From a virus, in IMG/VR virus record IMGVR_UViG_3300035698_027542, positions 2,787 to 66,786 of that record: a DNA stretch of 64,000 nt, one strand, 5' to 3'. Below the pieces are notes generated by a model, which saw only the letters and a list, made by a program, of their open reading frames with translations, was not told the origin of the DNA and ran no database searches. The position numbers and the translations under genes are program-made. This document shows positions 47,769-57,801 of the stretch, one piece after another (position 1 is the stretch's first letter; each line of letters opens with the position of its first letter).

Positions 47769-47915
47769 ATGGCAGAAATAATAGTTTGGATATTTGTTTC
47801 CATAGTGGTGTTTATAATGGTAGTGGGTATGATCTTACTTGTAGTGGCTGAATGTTGGTACGATGAGATGGTTAGAAAAGAATTGAAAAAATATCCAACA
47901 ATAAGAATAGGATAA
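47769..47915 (+). CDS. Small membrane protein (48 aa)
   Basis: Manual translation MAEIIVWIFVSIVVFIMVVGMILLVVAE... Confidence 0.5.
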   Translation: MAEIIVWIFVSIVVFIMVVGMILLVVAECWYDEMVRKELKKYPTIRIG

Positions 47916-47917
47916 AA

Positions 47918-48385
47918 ATGGATAAAATATATTTGATAGAAAAAACATGGATTGATGAATTAGACAATCAAAAACCATGGGGATATTCTCCTATCGGGTT
48001 CGTGAAGACTCTGACAGAAGCTAAGCGAATAGTTAATGGTGGAGGTAAGCATAATATAGATGATTGTTGGTTGTTTTCAGTAACGTCCGCCTCTGGAAAT
48101 TTAAAAGAACTTCCAACAATATATAGGTATAAAGAAATAAAAAATATCCAAGACTTAATAGGAGATAAAGAAGAAAAAAAAATAAATAAAAGATTAAGAA
48201 GCTCAGAGCGGAGAAATAACAAGATAGAAGAACTTAAATATTGGGTAAATCGACAATCTACTGATGGAAGATTAGATGATATATATATCTCAAATGTAGA
48301 AAGATTATGCTTTGATCTAAATATCGAAGTTGATGATGCATATAAAGAATATGAAGGAGAAAATTCATTATGGACAGAGCAGTAA
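47918..48385 (+). CDS. Hypothetical protein
   Basis: 155-aa ORF. Confidence 0.6.
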   Translation: MDKIYLIEKTWIDELDNQKPWGYSPIGFVKTLTEAKRIVNGGGKHNIDDCWLFSVTSASGNLKELPTIYRYKEIKNIQDLIGDKEEKKINKRLRSSERRNNKIEELKYWVNRQSTDGRLDDIYISNVERLCFDLNIEVDDAYKEYEGENSLWTEQ

Positions 48386-48386
48386 A

Positions 48387-49046
48387 ATGAAACAGTATTT
48401 AGAAATACAAGGACCAAATAAAGCACCAAGAGAAAACTGTATTGCTTTCTATAAATATGATGGAAGTAGTATCAGAGCAGAATGGTCTCGCAAAAAAAGC
48501 TGGTATAAGTTTGGCAGTAGAAAAGTTCTTATAGATCAAACTCATCCTCTTGGAGAAGCTATTGATATATTTCCTGATACCTATGGAGATGATTTATCAT
48601 ACATATTTAAAAAAGATAAAATTTTTAGAAACAGTCAGAATGTAACAGTATTTGGAGAATTCTTTGGAGAAAATAGTTTTGCAGGACAACATGAAGATGA
48701 TGATGAAAAAGAGATAGTTCTTTTTGATGTTAATATTAATAAAAAAGGGATAATGTCCCCTAATGATTTTATAAAAATATTCGGACATTTAAAAATACCT
48801 GAAATTATTTACCAAGGCAAATTTAATGAGAGTTTTATCCAAGATGTGAAAGATGGGAAATACCCTGTAGAAGAAGGCATTGTAGCAAAAGGATTACTTC
48901 CACATGGCAAACCTCCTCACAATCTTTGGATGGCTAAAATTAAGACTAGGGCATGGATAGAAAAATTAAAAAGAGAATATGAATTAAATCCTGATAGATT
49001 TAAAAATGTTTTAAGAGATAATTTGAAAGAACAGGAAAATGGATAA
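48387..49046 (+). CDS. RNA ligase-like nucleotidyltransferase (Rnl2-type)
   Basis: KYDGS motif I, FGEF, FDV, EGIV, KIK; start moved to 48387. Confidence 0.7.
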   Translation: MKQYLEIQGPNKAPRENCIAFYKYDGSSIRAEWSRKKSWYKFGSRKVLIDQTHPLGEAIDIFPDTYGDDLSYIFKKDKIFRNSQNVTVFGEFFGENSFAGQHEDDDEKEIVLFDVNINKKGIMSPNDFIKIFGHLKIPEIIYQGKFNESFIQDVKDGKYPVEEGIVAKGLLPHGKPPHNLWMAKIKTRAWIEKLKREYELNPDRFKNVLRDNLKEQENG

Positions 49047-49230
49047 TCTACCTCCAGGAACTTTTGCAGTAGGGAATAAATTAATGGGCAAGTGTCAAGA
49101 GTGTGGAAAACTTGTCCACATAAATAAAACTTTTTTTGGTGATTTGCATGTATGTTTATCAGAGGAAGAAATTAAAGAAAAAGAAAAACTTAAACAGAAG
49201 AATAGATTAAATATATTGGAGCAAGTATAA
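49039..49230 (+). CDS. Small zinc-binding protein
   Basis: CQEC...HVC. Confidence 0.55.
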   Translation: MDNLPPGTFAVGNKLMGKCQECGKLVHINKTFFGDLHVCLSEEEIKEKEKLKQKNRLNILEQV

Positions 49231-49775
49231 TGGAAATGGAAATGGAAATGAAAGATATGAAGTTATTAAGCGGCATTGAATCTCATGGTGGGAATGGAAA
49301 CTTTAAAGGTTCTATTCTAATAGAGTCGGAAAAATATGATACTTTATCAGAAGATACTCAGAATAACATATCTTTTAAAGCCTCTGATTTTCTACAGGTA
49401 ATTCAACATTCGATTGAGATGGAATGGGCTAAAGCTAACGAAATTGACAAACGTAGTGCTCACGTAGCTGAATTAACTGAATTGTTTAAGTTGGCAGGAT
49501 TTAATACTATCTACGTTGAGACAATAGATAATCAGTATTGCGGTGATGCCTGTTGCTATAAATACCCTTGGATTATTATCACCACCGAAAGAGGTCGTAT
49601 CAAACTTGGATGGAGAAAAAGAGTAATGAATCTGGACTGGTCGGAATCTCGTATTAAAGCTATTGGTACAGAATTGTTTAAGGATGAAGAAACCACAAAA
49701 GGAACAGATTATATACATTGCTGGGGCAAAGAGAAAGCCATTGAATATTTGAAGAAACTTAATTCGGAAGAATAA
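49230..49775 (+). CDS. Hypothetical protein
   Basis: 181-aa ORF (NQYC...PW...GRIKLGWRKRV). Confidence 0.6.
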   Translation: MEMEMEMKDMKLLSGIESHGGNGNFKGSILIESEKYDTLSEDTQNNISFKASDFLQVIQHSIEMEWAKANEIDKRSAHVAELTELFKLAGFNTIYVETIDNQYCGDACCYKYPWIIITTERGRIKLGWRKRVMNLDWSESRIKAIGTELFKDEETTKGTDYIHCWGKEKAIEYLKKLNSEE

Positions 49776-49776
49776 A

Positions 49777-50919
49777 ATGAAAAAAATACTTATAACAGGC
49801 GGTCCAGTTCATGCTTATCTTGATGATGTTAAAATCATCACTAATAAGTTTAAAGGTGGATTGATGGCCAAATTGGTAGAAGATATACTTAAAAAAAGAA
49901 TGGATATATCTATAGCTTATTTATGCTCAAAAGATTCTAAACAACCTCAATGGCCTAAAGAGCTAGGAGTAGAAAATAATAAACTTTTTAATGTTCTTCA
50001 CCATAATGGTCTAGAAGATTATATGAAAAAAGTTCTTAAACTAGCTCCAGGAATGAATGCTGTTGTTTTGGGAGCGGCTGTTTGTAATCTTATTCCGAAA
50101 AATAGAATTGTAGGAAAATTTCCAAGTCATGATTATAAACCTGGAGATATAATTCCAATAGATTTTACGATAGCCCCAAGAGTCATCGACCAAGTTAAAA
50201 AGGTTAATCCTAAAGTTCATTTGTTTGGATTTAAACTTCTTTCAGAAGTTGATTACTATGAACTTATAAGTGCTGCATATGGAGTTCTTCTTGAATCTAA
50301 AGCTGTAACGGTTTTTGCTAATGACACAAGAGACTTGGATCAGATATATGCCGTGACAAAAGAAAAAGGAGTCCACCAATTTGACAGGTCTAAAATAGCA
50401 TATTGGGTTATAAATAGAATGAGTGAAAAATATTACAAGACCTATACAACCGAAAAAAACATATTAACTCAAGATATGAAAGAAGGCCAAGAATTTCTTT
50501 CTAAACTTCTTAATAGTCATAGACATTCTTTTATTGAAACAGATGAAGGATATCTTTTTGGTTCAGGAGCATTGTTGTTGGGAGATGAAGGATTTGTAAC
50601 AACAGCAAGAGGGAAAAGAGAAGTTGAAGATTTTGCCTTTGTTAGTAAGGTAGATCATGATCAAAGAAAAGTTTTTTGTGTTACAAACAAGAAAGCAACT
50701 TTGAATGCTCCATTGTTTCATTATATATTTGCTCATCTTTGTCAACCAAAATATATATTACATTTTCATCATCAAAGAGAAGATTTAAAAACGATGGAAT
50801 ATGCTACTCCAGGAACTGATAAAGATTCTACAAGACCTATACTTGATTGTCCTTCTTTTAACATAGAAGGACATGGCTGTATTTTGAGTTATAATAAGAA
50901 TGGAGAATTATTAAAATGA
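49777..50919 (+). CDS. CoaB/DFP-like domain fused to a class II aldolase-like domain
   Basis: KILITGGP....LDDVK.ITN, AAVC, GFKL, FAND; C-terminal TTARG, LHFHH, HGC. Confidence 0.65.
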   Translation: MKKILITGGPVHAYLDDVKIITNKFKGGLMAKLVEDILKKRMDISIAYLCSKDSKQPQWPKELGVENNKLFNVLHHNGLEDYMKKVLKLAPGMNAVVLGAAVCNLIPKNRIVGKFPSHDYKPGDIIPIDFTIAPRVIDQVKKVNPKVHLFGFKLLSEVDYYELISAAYGVLLESKAVTVFANDTRDLDQIYAVTKEKGVHQFDRSKIAYWVINRMSEKYYKTYTTEKNILTQDMKEGQEFLSKLLNSHRHSFIETDEGYLFGSGALLLGDEGFVTTARGKREVEDFAFVSKVDHDQRKVFCVTNKKATLNAPLFHYIFAHLCQPKYILHFHHQREDLKTMEYATPGTDKDSTRPILDCPSFNIEGHGCILSYNKNGELLK

Positions 50920-51596
50920 AATATCCTGATTATGAGACATACGAAAAACTATATTACAGATTTCTTCTCGGAGATAGATCTGAAGAGATGTTAAACCTAG
51001 CAGGAGATATTGAAAATAAAGTATTTCTTGATATCTGCTGTGGTGATGGAAGATTAAGTAAAAAAGTAATGAAAAGAAATCTTCTTAAACAAGTTGTGAT
51101 GATAGACTCTGAAAAAGATATGATTCCACAGGAATTTATAGAAGGTGGTTGTCGATTACTAATAACAACGGTAGAAAAAGCTTTTTTAGAAATGAGAAAA
51201 ACTAATAATATAATAGATGTAGCGATCTGCCAGCAAGGTATTAATTATTGGTTAACAGAAGCTAAAGCATGGAGCTTGTCTCTTCTTATGCCCGAAGGTG
51301 GTATTTTTATATTTAATACTTTTAATAAAAAACCATCTGAAATACCATCAGTTAAACAATATAGTTTATTTCTTCCTTTTGAATTAAAAGAAAGACATTA
51401 TACAGAAATTAGTTGGTCAGTAAGAGATGATTGGTTTGACATTTACCATGTCCAAATATGTCAAGGTGAAGAACCTCATTTTACAAAATTTAAATGGATG
51501 AATGAAGAATATATAAGAACTTCTCTTAATAAATTCTTCGAAATAGAATTAATAACGGATAACAAAACAAGCATTTATAAATGTATAAAAAAATAA
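50916..51596 (+). CDS. Class I SAM-dependent methyltransferase
   Basis: FLDICCGDG motif I; LMPEGGIFIF. Confidence 0.8.
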   Translation: MKYPDYETYEKLYYRFLLGDRSEEMLNLAGDIENKVFLDICCGDGRLSKKVMKRNLLKQVVMIDSEKDMIPQEFIEGGCRLLITTVEKAFLEMRKTNNIIDVAICQQGINYWLTEAKAWSLSLLMPEGGIFIFNTFNKKPSEIPSVKQYSLFLPFELKERHYTEISWSVRDDWFDIYHVQICQGEEPHFTKFKWMNEEYIRTSLNKFFEIELITDNKTSIYKCIKK

Positions 51597-51609
51597 GAAA
51601 GGAACAATT

Positions 51610-51978
51610 ATGTGTCTTGATGTAAAATTTAGTAAAGAAAAAACAGAAAAAATATTAAAAAAACTTCCAGAAGAAATTACTGTTTATAAAGTAATGGGAA
51701 AAGATAAAACAAAGCAAAGATATCGCGCAGTTATATGTGATTTTTTGTATGAAGAAGGAGAGAACAAAATGGAAATTGGTGCATATCCTGCTGAGATCGA
51801 CTCTGGTTTTTATGCCTTTAAAACAAGAATATCAGCATGGTTTTACTTAGATAAGGACTGCTGCCAAAAAATTGTTAAATGTAAAATATATAAAAAAGAT
51901 ATTCGGTTTATAGGAAAACAAGAAGGAGGTTTGGCTTTTGTTTCTTCTAAAATAACTGTTCCTAAATATAAGGATTAA
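51610..51978 (+). CDS. Hypothetical protein
   Basis: MCL...VYKV...SGFYAF pattern. Confidence 0.6.
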   Translation: MCLDVKFSKEKTEKILKKLPEEITVYKVMGKDKTKQRYRAVICDFLYEEGENKMEIGAYPAEIDSGFYAFKTRISAWFYLDKDCCQKIVKCKIYKKDIRFIGKQEGGLAFVSSKITVPKYKD

Positions 51979-51983
51979 AAATT

Positions 51984-52232
51984 ATGAAAAATAAGATTTC
52001 TATATTTCAATATAATGAGAAACATCGAGATGTACATGAAGCCAGGGCAGATTTGGCAGAAGCCGAGGAAGAATTTGCTAAAGCTGAACAATGTCAAATA
52101 ATGGATAATTGCCTAAACTGTAATGGAGTAGGAGAAATAGAAGATGGAACAGGAGATCCAGCCCATAACCCCTGTCAGGATATCTTACACATAGATTGTC
52201 CTGATTGTGAAGGAAAAGGATATATAGAATAA
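51984..52232 (+). CDS. DnaJ-type zinc finger (CxxCxGxG) protein
   Basis: CLNCNGVG ... CPDCEGKG. Confidence 0.7.
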   Translation: MKNKISIFQYNEKHRDVHEARADLAEAEEEFAKAEQCQIMDNCLNCNGVGEIEDGTGDPAHNPCQDILHIDCPDCEGKGYIE

Positions 52233-52255
52233 TTATTTAAAAGGAAAAGGGAAAA

Positions 52256-53032
52256 ATGCCTGATTACAAACAAGAAGTTGAAAACATTAGTAAATTTTTA
52301 GCCCAATATAATGAAAATGCTGGGACAAATGGCTTTGTTCTGGGCTGTAGTGGCGGCATCGATAGTGCCCTTTGTCTCGCTCTCTTAAAAAGAGGGGTTC
52401 ATAGTAAAAACATTATAGCAGTAGCTCTACCTTGCAATAGTAGTGAAAATAGTTTATTAGATGCTCAAAAATTAGCAGATAATTTAAATATAAAATTAGA
52501 AGTCATTGATTTGCAAAACAGTTATAATTCTATTATAGAAAATTTAGAAAAAACAAATAATAAGAATAAAGAAATTAGCAACTTGGTTAAAGGAAATTTA
52601 GCGGCCAGGCTGCGAATGGTGCAATTATATACAATGGCAAATTTAAATCATATGTTAGTTTGCGGCACATCGAACAGGAGCGAAATAAAAGTAGGATATG
52701 GGACTAAATTTGGAGATTTTGCAGAGGATTTATCTCCTCTAGGCAACATCTATAAAACTCAAGTTTTTGAGATAGCTAAATTAATGCCAGAAATTCCTAA
52801 AAGCATTTTAGAGAAAGATCCTTCAGCAGATTTGTGGAGCAACCAGACGGACGAACATGACTTCGGAATGTCTTATAGGGAGCTTGATAGAATTTTAGAA
52901 GCGATAGAAAGAAAAGACGATATAGCTTTAAAATCTTTTCCCGCAAAAAAATTAGAGAAAGTAAAATATATGATGAAAGCAGCTTATCACAAAAATAATC
53001 CAGCACCTATGTATGAGATAGAGCAGTTTTAA
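52256..53032 (+). CDS. nadE: NH3-dependent NAD+ synthetase
   Basis: SGGIDS, GNLAARLRM, GTSNRSE, GYGTKFGD, PSADLW..QTDE. Confidence 0.95.
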   Translation: MPDYKQEVENISKFLAQYNENAGTNGFVLGCSGGIDSALCLALLKRGVHSKNIIAVALPCNSSENSLLDAQKLADNLNIKLEVIDLQNSYNSIIENLEKTNNKNKEISNLVKGNLAARLRMVQLYTMANLNHMLVCGTSNRSEIKVGYGTKFGDFAEDLSPLGNIYKTQVFEIAKLMPEIPKSILEKDPSADLWSNQTDEHDFGMSYRELDRILEAIERKDDIALKSFPAKKLEKVKYMMKAAYHKNNPAPMYEIEQF

Positions 53033-54110
53033 GAAAATCGTTTAATTGCTTTCTATTAACATTCTTCTTACCATATTTAGAATGGAATTCCATATGACAA
53101 GGCACGCAAAAAGTAACACCGTTATTAAAATCTAATCTTATATTGGGATTTTCAGCATAACCGTCTATGTGATGAGCATGTATTTTTTTATATTTATTAT
53201 TTTTATTCTTTTTTTTATGACATTTTTGGCAGATATAATTGTCTCTTTTATATATATCTTTTGCCCACTGAGTATATCCAGGAATTTTTCTTCTATCTAT
53301 CCTATCTTCATCAGTTAAATTAGGATTGTAATTCCAGTTGTTTTCTCCTGAAACTTTTTCTATAGCACATTTTTTACATCTATGCCCTGCTTGAAAAGTA
53401 TGGAAACCAATTTTGCTAATATTTCCACAGTCACACCTGTATCGCATTAAAGTATGAGTATTCTTATATTTAGTTGCTAATAATTCACAGTTGTTATCTT
53501 TAAAATACTGTTTAACAGATTCAAATGAAAGTCTTTTTTGGTCTCCTATTTTATTAAATCCACATTGCTGACATCTTCTCCCTTGTTGAAAATCTCTGAA
53601 TGTTATTTGATTTTCTTCTCCGCATTTACATTTATATTTCATTTTAGTGTTAGAATTTACATATTCTTTTTCTAATAGCTTACATCCGTTATCCTTAAAA
53701 AACAGTTTAACAAATTCAAAAGTGTGTTTTTCTGTTCCTCCACATTTTATACACCTTGTCCCATTTTGAAAACTATTAAAATTTATTTTACTTTCCTCTC
53801 CGCATACGCACAAATATCTCATTTTAGTTTGAGTATTTTTATATTCTTTTCCTAATAACTCACAACCATTATCTTTAAAATATTGTTTAACATATTCAAA
53901 AGTATGTTTGGTTTTTTCTATGCGTTTTTTAGAACCACAAACATTACATCTATGTCCTGCTTTAAAAGTTGTAAAAGCCATCTCACTTGCCTCCCCACAA
54001 TCACACCTATATTTCATCTTAACTCTACTATTTTTATACTCTTCTTCTATCAACTCACACCCTCTGTCTTCAAAATACTGTTTAACATATTCACAAGTAT
54101 GTTTTTTCAT
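53007..54110 (-). CDS. HNH endonuclease with four Cys-rich repeats
   Basis: HTFEYVKQYF..GC.L...Y.N....M.Y.C.CG repeated four times; RDNY.CQ.C...HAHH...NGVT.C..CH..FH. Confidence 0.85.
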   Translation of the reverse strand: MKKHTCEYVKQYFEDRGCELIEEEYKNSRVKMKYRCDCGEASEMAFTTFKAGHRCNVCGSKKRIEKTKHTFEYVKQYFKDNGCELLGKEYKNTQTKMRYLCVCGEESKINFNSFQNGTRCIKCGGTEKHTFEFVKLFFKDNGCKLLEKEYVNSNTKMKYKCKCGEENQITFRDFQQGRRCQQCGFNKIGDQKRLSFESVKQYFKDNNCELLATKYKNTHTLMRYRCDCGNISKIGFHTFQAGHRCKKCAIEKVSGENNWNYNPNLTDEDRIDRRKIPGYTQWAKDIYKRDNYICQKCHKKKNKNNKYKKIHAHHIDGYAENPNIRLDFNNGVTFCVPCHMEFHSKYGKKNVNRKQLNDFLKTALSHT

Positions 54111-54253
54111 TTTTTTCTCTCTAAATAATAATCCACTATTTTTCTAAACATTTCTGAAAAATTTATTCCTCTTTCTTCTGCTTCTTTACTAACCTCTTTA
54201 TGTTGATTTTCTGTTAAATACATTTCTGTCCTTCTCATTTTCTTTTTTGACAT
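54107..54253 (-). CDS. Ribbon-helix-helix (CopG-like) protein, 48 aa
   Basis: Manual translation MSKKKMRRTEMYLTENQH...ERGINFSEMFRKIVDYY; AGGAG RBS; ATGA coupling to the HNH gene. Confidence 0.7.
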   Translation of the reverse strand: MSKKKMRRTEMYLTENQHKEVSKEAEERGINFSEMFRKIVDYYLERKK

Positions 54254-54414
54254 TTTGTGTCTCCTATTTAATATATACGGGGTTTTATTTGATATTCCTC
54301 TTTTTTATCGATAATTTTTAAATTCTTCTTGACAAAAGTGAAAATATAGTATAATATAGGGAAATAGAGAGATAATTAAAAATCCAGACAAACTAAATTT
54401 GAGAATTATAGAAT

Positions 54415-55082
54415 ATGAGCAAACAAATAATAACAGCAATAATAATAATTGGAATAGCATTACTGATCCCTTTAATATCTTATAGACCTTCTCTAGAATA
54501 TAATTCTTCAACATCTTATAGCTCTCCTCGAGAATATGGTTCTTTAGAGATTGAAGAAAGAAAAGCAAAAGCAGTTGCTCTTCAACAAAAAAGAGAAAAA
54601 CAAAGAAAAAGGCAAATACAATTTAAAAAACAACAAAAGATAAAGCAGCTTAGAGAGCAACAAGAAACCATTATAAAAAGAGATGATTCTTATCTTTACT
54701 ATCGGGTTTTAAATGCTTATATTACTGATAAATTAAAAAATAGTTGGTCAGAACAGGCCCCAGATGGTATTTTTTTGTAGTTAAATTACTTATAAAAAAT
54801 ATGGACAACAAAGAAAGAATGATTCCTGTTGGAAGTATTCGTCTTGTAGATAAAAATAATAGAGAATACGGTATTGATTATGAATTTGATGGCAAACGTT
54901 ATGACATAAAAGGAGTAAGAGCAGAATCAGCAGTTTTTAAGGATTTAAATCCAGGAGTAGATAGAACAATATATGTTATTTTTGATATTCCTAAAAGAAG
55001 ACATTATTATTGGCTAAAAGTTCCAGGTGGATATTGGTCAACAACTGATAAATATATTGATTTATCTGATGTAAAAAACTAA
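54415..55082 (+). CDS. Membrane-anchored DUF4352-like protein split by a frameshift (54415..54780 + 54744..55082)
   Basis: N-terminal TM; domain continues APDGIF/FVVKLLIKN...LVD....Y...LNPG....IFDIP across the T7 run at 54770-54776. Confidence 0.55.
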
Positions 55083-55084
55083 AG

Positions 55085-55420
55085 ATGATTTACGGAATTG
55101 ACGATAAGAGAAAATATAAAAGTGTTAAATCAAAAAGGAATATAATGATAAGTAATAATAAAGAATTACAAGAAGCGATAACAAGAATAACAGATGGTTT
55201 GAAAATGGCGACAAAAGCAACACAAGAGATATTAAACAGATCCCAAAAAACAGCAGCCATGGTTCAAGAACCATTAAAAGAATTTGCAAAAATAATGAAA
55301 GAATCAATGAAACCTGTTGAAGAATTTGCAAAAAGAATGGCTTCTCAAAGAAAAAAAATAGAAGAAACTATTAAATTATATAGTAAAAATGATAATAAAA
55401 AAGAAGACACTCCTAACTAA
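55085..55420 (+). CDS. Hypothetical coiled-coil protein
   Basis: ORF; start uncertain. Confidence 0.5.
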   Translation: MIYGIDDKRKYKSVKSKRNIMISNNKELQEAITRITDGLKMATKATQEILNRSQKTAAMVQEPLKEFAKIMKESMKPVEEFAKRMASQRKKIEETIKLYSKNDNKKEDTPN

Positions 55421-55910
55421 GAATGTTCGCCACTTTTATCAGCCATTCCTTATCTTCATCGCTGTAACCAAATCTTTTTTGGTTAATTTTTATAGATCTG
55501 AATATATCTCCATCCGCATGTCTTTTTGTTGCTGCTACCCAGTCTGCAATTAGCTCTAATTTATCTAATTCTGACATATCTTTCATACCATTTTTATAAT
55601 GTTCTGGATGATGAGAATTTTTTTTATAATGAGCATTAATCGAGGGTCTTATGTCCTCTAACATCTTTTCGTATTGTTCCGATCCATAGGTAGTATGTTT
55701 AAGATCGAAGATATACATTGCAACACCACTTGATTCAAACCATCCATATTTACTAAGATCGTGTTTTACCCCTCTCCAATATAATTTCCACTTATCAGGA
55801 GGATTTAATTTATTGATTATCTTAATAATATTTAACATAACTCTAATTTTATGAAATGTTGTTTCTATTTGTATTTTTACATAGCCACTTAAAAATTTTA
55901 GTACTTTCAT
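55413..55910 (-). CDS. DUF5662-like (HD-related) protein
   Basis: HDLSK...HY..NSHHPEHY...E..ADW.A. Confidence 0.7.
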   Translation of the reverse strand: MKVLKFLSGYVKIQIETTFHKIRVMLNIIKIINKLNPPDKWKLYWRGVKHDLSKYGWFESSGVAMYIFDLKHTTYGSEQYEKMLEDIRPSINAHYKKNSHHPEHYKNGMKDMSELDKLELIADWVAATKRHADGDIFRSIKINQKRFGYSDEDKEWLIKVANILS

Positions 55911-56821
55911 TTATCTCCAGTTCCATTTGCTTTTGCATAACGCCATAAGCTAGACATATCTTTTTTCTTTTTTTGAACAAGTTCCATTGTACTTTTGCTT
56001 TGAATACCGTCCATAATCCCAGTTTGTCCATTCCCGCCAAATAATTTTTTTCTATCTTCTTCTGGAATTTTTTCTTGAGCGATTTCGACAGTATCGACAA
56101 CTTCACTAAAAGCTTTCTTTTGTATGATTATGTTATAGATTAGCATTCCTACCAGTCCTGCCATTATAACTCCTCCTGCTATTGCCACATAGATAAAATA
56201 TGATTCAACGAATATAGATATTGACATAATCACGATACAAGTCGCTGATAGGGTTAGGCACATTTTACTACCATACATAAAACCAAAAACACCTAATGCT
56301 CCTGCTCCTATGATACAGGCGACTATCAACCATTTAATAGCTTTATGGATTGCTGCATCTCTAGCATCTTCTGCTTTCCTTTTGGCTTCTATGGCAGAGT
56401 CTCTTTCTTCTGTCATCGCGTCTAGAGCATCTTCTATAACAATTACTTTTAGTCCAGCATTATCTAACATGCTTTGAGCACCAGATAATTCTGCTGTTGC
56501 TTCATTTATTTTTATAGTATCTTCTATAATAATATTAGAACTTTCTTTAATAGTGATTAAATGGGGATCTATTGCTGCTTTAGTTTTTTCTGGTATTTTT
56601 CTTTCGACTTCCATTGTTTCTTGGTTTATGGTATTAGCTTTTGTCGAGATATCTATCGAGGCATCTTTAATAACTGTAGAGCTTTTATTTATAGTCTTTT
56701 GTGCTGAGACAATATCTTTTCCAGTATTTAATTCTGGCTTATTAATTGTGTTTTTATTTCCGCAACCAAGAATTCCTATCAAAAAAACAGATAGAAGTAT
56801 AATCGAAACTTTAGTTTTCAT
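55907..56821 (-). CDS. Predicted lipoprotein with coiled coil and three TM segments
   Basis: Lipobox ILGC after a signal peptide; hydrophobic C-terminal half. Confidence 0.65.
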   Translation of the reverse strand: MKTKVSIILLSVFLIGILGCGNKNTINKPELNTGKDIVSAQKTINKSSTVIKDASIDISTKANTINQETMEVERKIPEKTKAAIDPHLITIKESSNIIIEDTIKINEATAELSGAQSMLDNAGLKVIVIEDALDAMTEERDSAIEAKRKAEDARDAAIHKAIKWLIVACIIGAGALGVFGFMYGSKMCLTLSATCIVIMSISIFVESYFIYVAIAGGVIMAGLVGMLIYNIIIQKKAFSEVVDTVEIAQEKIPEEDRKKLFGGNGQTGIMDGIQSKSTMELVQKKKKDMSSLWRYAKANGTGDK

Positions 56822-57185
56822 TCTTTTCTCCCTTATCTATAAATACATTTATATCTTGTTTTTTATCCATTCCATTAAGTGCCTCTATGATGGTCCAGGT
56901 AATTCCAGCTGTTATTGCTCCGCTAAAGGGCCAAAAGAAATAAGGGAATCCCATAAAAGAAGCAACAATACAAACAATAATGTCAGCAATTAAAGTTGCC
57001 CAGAAGCTAGTGCAGGTTGTGCAATAAAAGACTTGAGGTGCTTTGTAGTGGATTTTTCTTAAAATAAGTTGCATTCTTATTCTATATTTTTTAATCGGAA
57101 AATCTTTACCTTTCTCGACTAATAGAATAGAAATTCCGTATCCTAACGATATAGATATTATCAAACAGATCAAAAAATTAAACAC
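56811..57185 (-). CDS. Membrane protein with CxxCxSxW motif (DUF1360-like)
   Basis: CTTCTSFW; three hydrophobic segments. Confidence 0.55.
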   Translation of the reverse strand: MFNFLICLIISISLGYGISILLVEKGKDFPIKKYRIRMQLILRKIHYKAPQVFYCTTCTSFWATLIADIIVCIVASFMGFPYFFWPFSGAITAGITWTIIEALNGMDKKQDINVFIDKGEKNEN

Positions 57186-57260
57186 TTTAAGATACTCCTT
57201 TCATATTTATATCGGCATTTTTTGCAGGATTTATTAAAATTTTGACGAAATTATATAATT

Positions 57261-57800
57261 ATGAATTGGTATAAAAAAGCATCTTATATAGCTTATCATG
57301 GAACTCCTAAAGATTTCCAAGATTTCTCTTATGAATATCTTGGAACTAATGGGACTGCGGAAGGTTTTGGTTTTTATTTTACTAGTGATAAAAATATAGC
57401 TGAAGGATATGCTGAAGGGGGCATATTAAAAAAAGTCAATCTTGATATTAAAAAACCATTAAACCCTATAATTTTTAGTATTTCTAAACCAGAATTTGCT
57501 ATATTTTTAAAAACATTAGATCCTACAGGAGAAGATTATTTATCAAATTGGGGAGAATCTAACTATGAGGGATATGATAAAATTTTAAACACTGCCGTTG
57601 AAGGAGAGTTTTCTGGATCAGATAATGATGTAGATTTAATATCAGGAGTGATACAAGCAGCAGGTGGAAATGCAGAGCGCATATATAAAATACTAAAACA
57701 AACACTAGGTTATGATGGTATTATTGTTAATAAGCCATCATGGGGTGGCAATCAAATTATTTACATAGTATTTGATAATAATCAAATTAAGAATATATAA
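57261..57800 (+). CDS. ADP-ribosyltransferase-like protein (ART-PolyVal type) with MNWYKKA leader
   Basis: AYHGT...F..F.....G...G.GFYFT....A.GYA...L.IKKP...GYDGII......YIVF...QIK. Confidence 0.75.
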   Translation: MNWYKKASYIAYHGTPKDFQDFSYEYLGTNGTAEGFGFYFTSDKNIAEGYAEGGILKKVNLDIKKPLNPIIFSISKPEFAIFLKTLDPTGEDYLSNWGESNYEGYDKILNTAVEGEFSGSDNDVDLISGVIQAAGGNAERIYKILKQTLGYDGIIVNKPSWGGNQIIYIVFDNNQIKNI

Positions 57801-57801
57801 A

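Noticed and set aside
55907-57185. Holin/spanin lysis cassette
   Set aside because: Topology is only loosely compatible and no endolysin is adjacent
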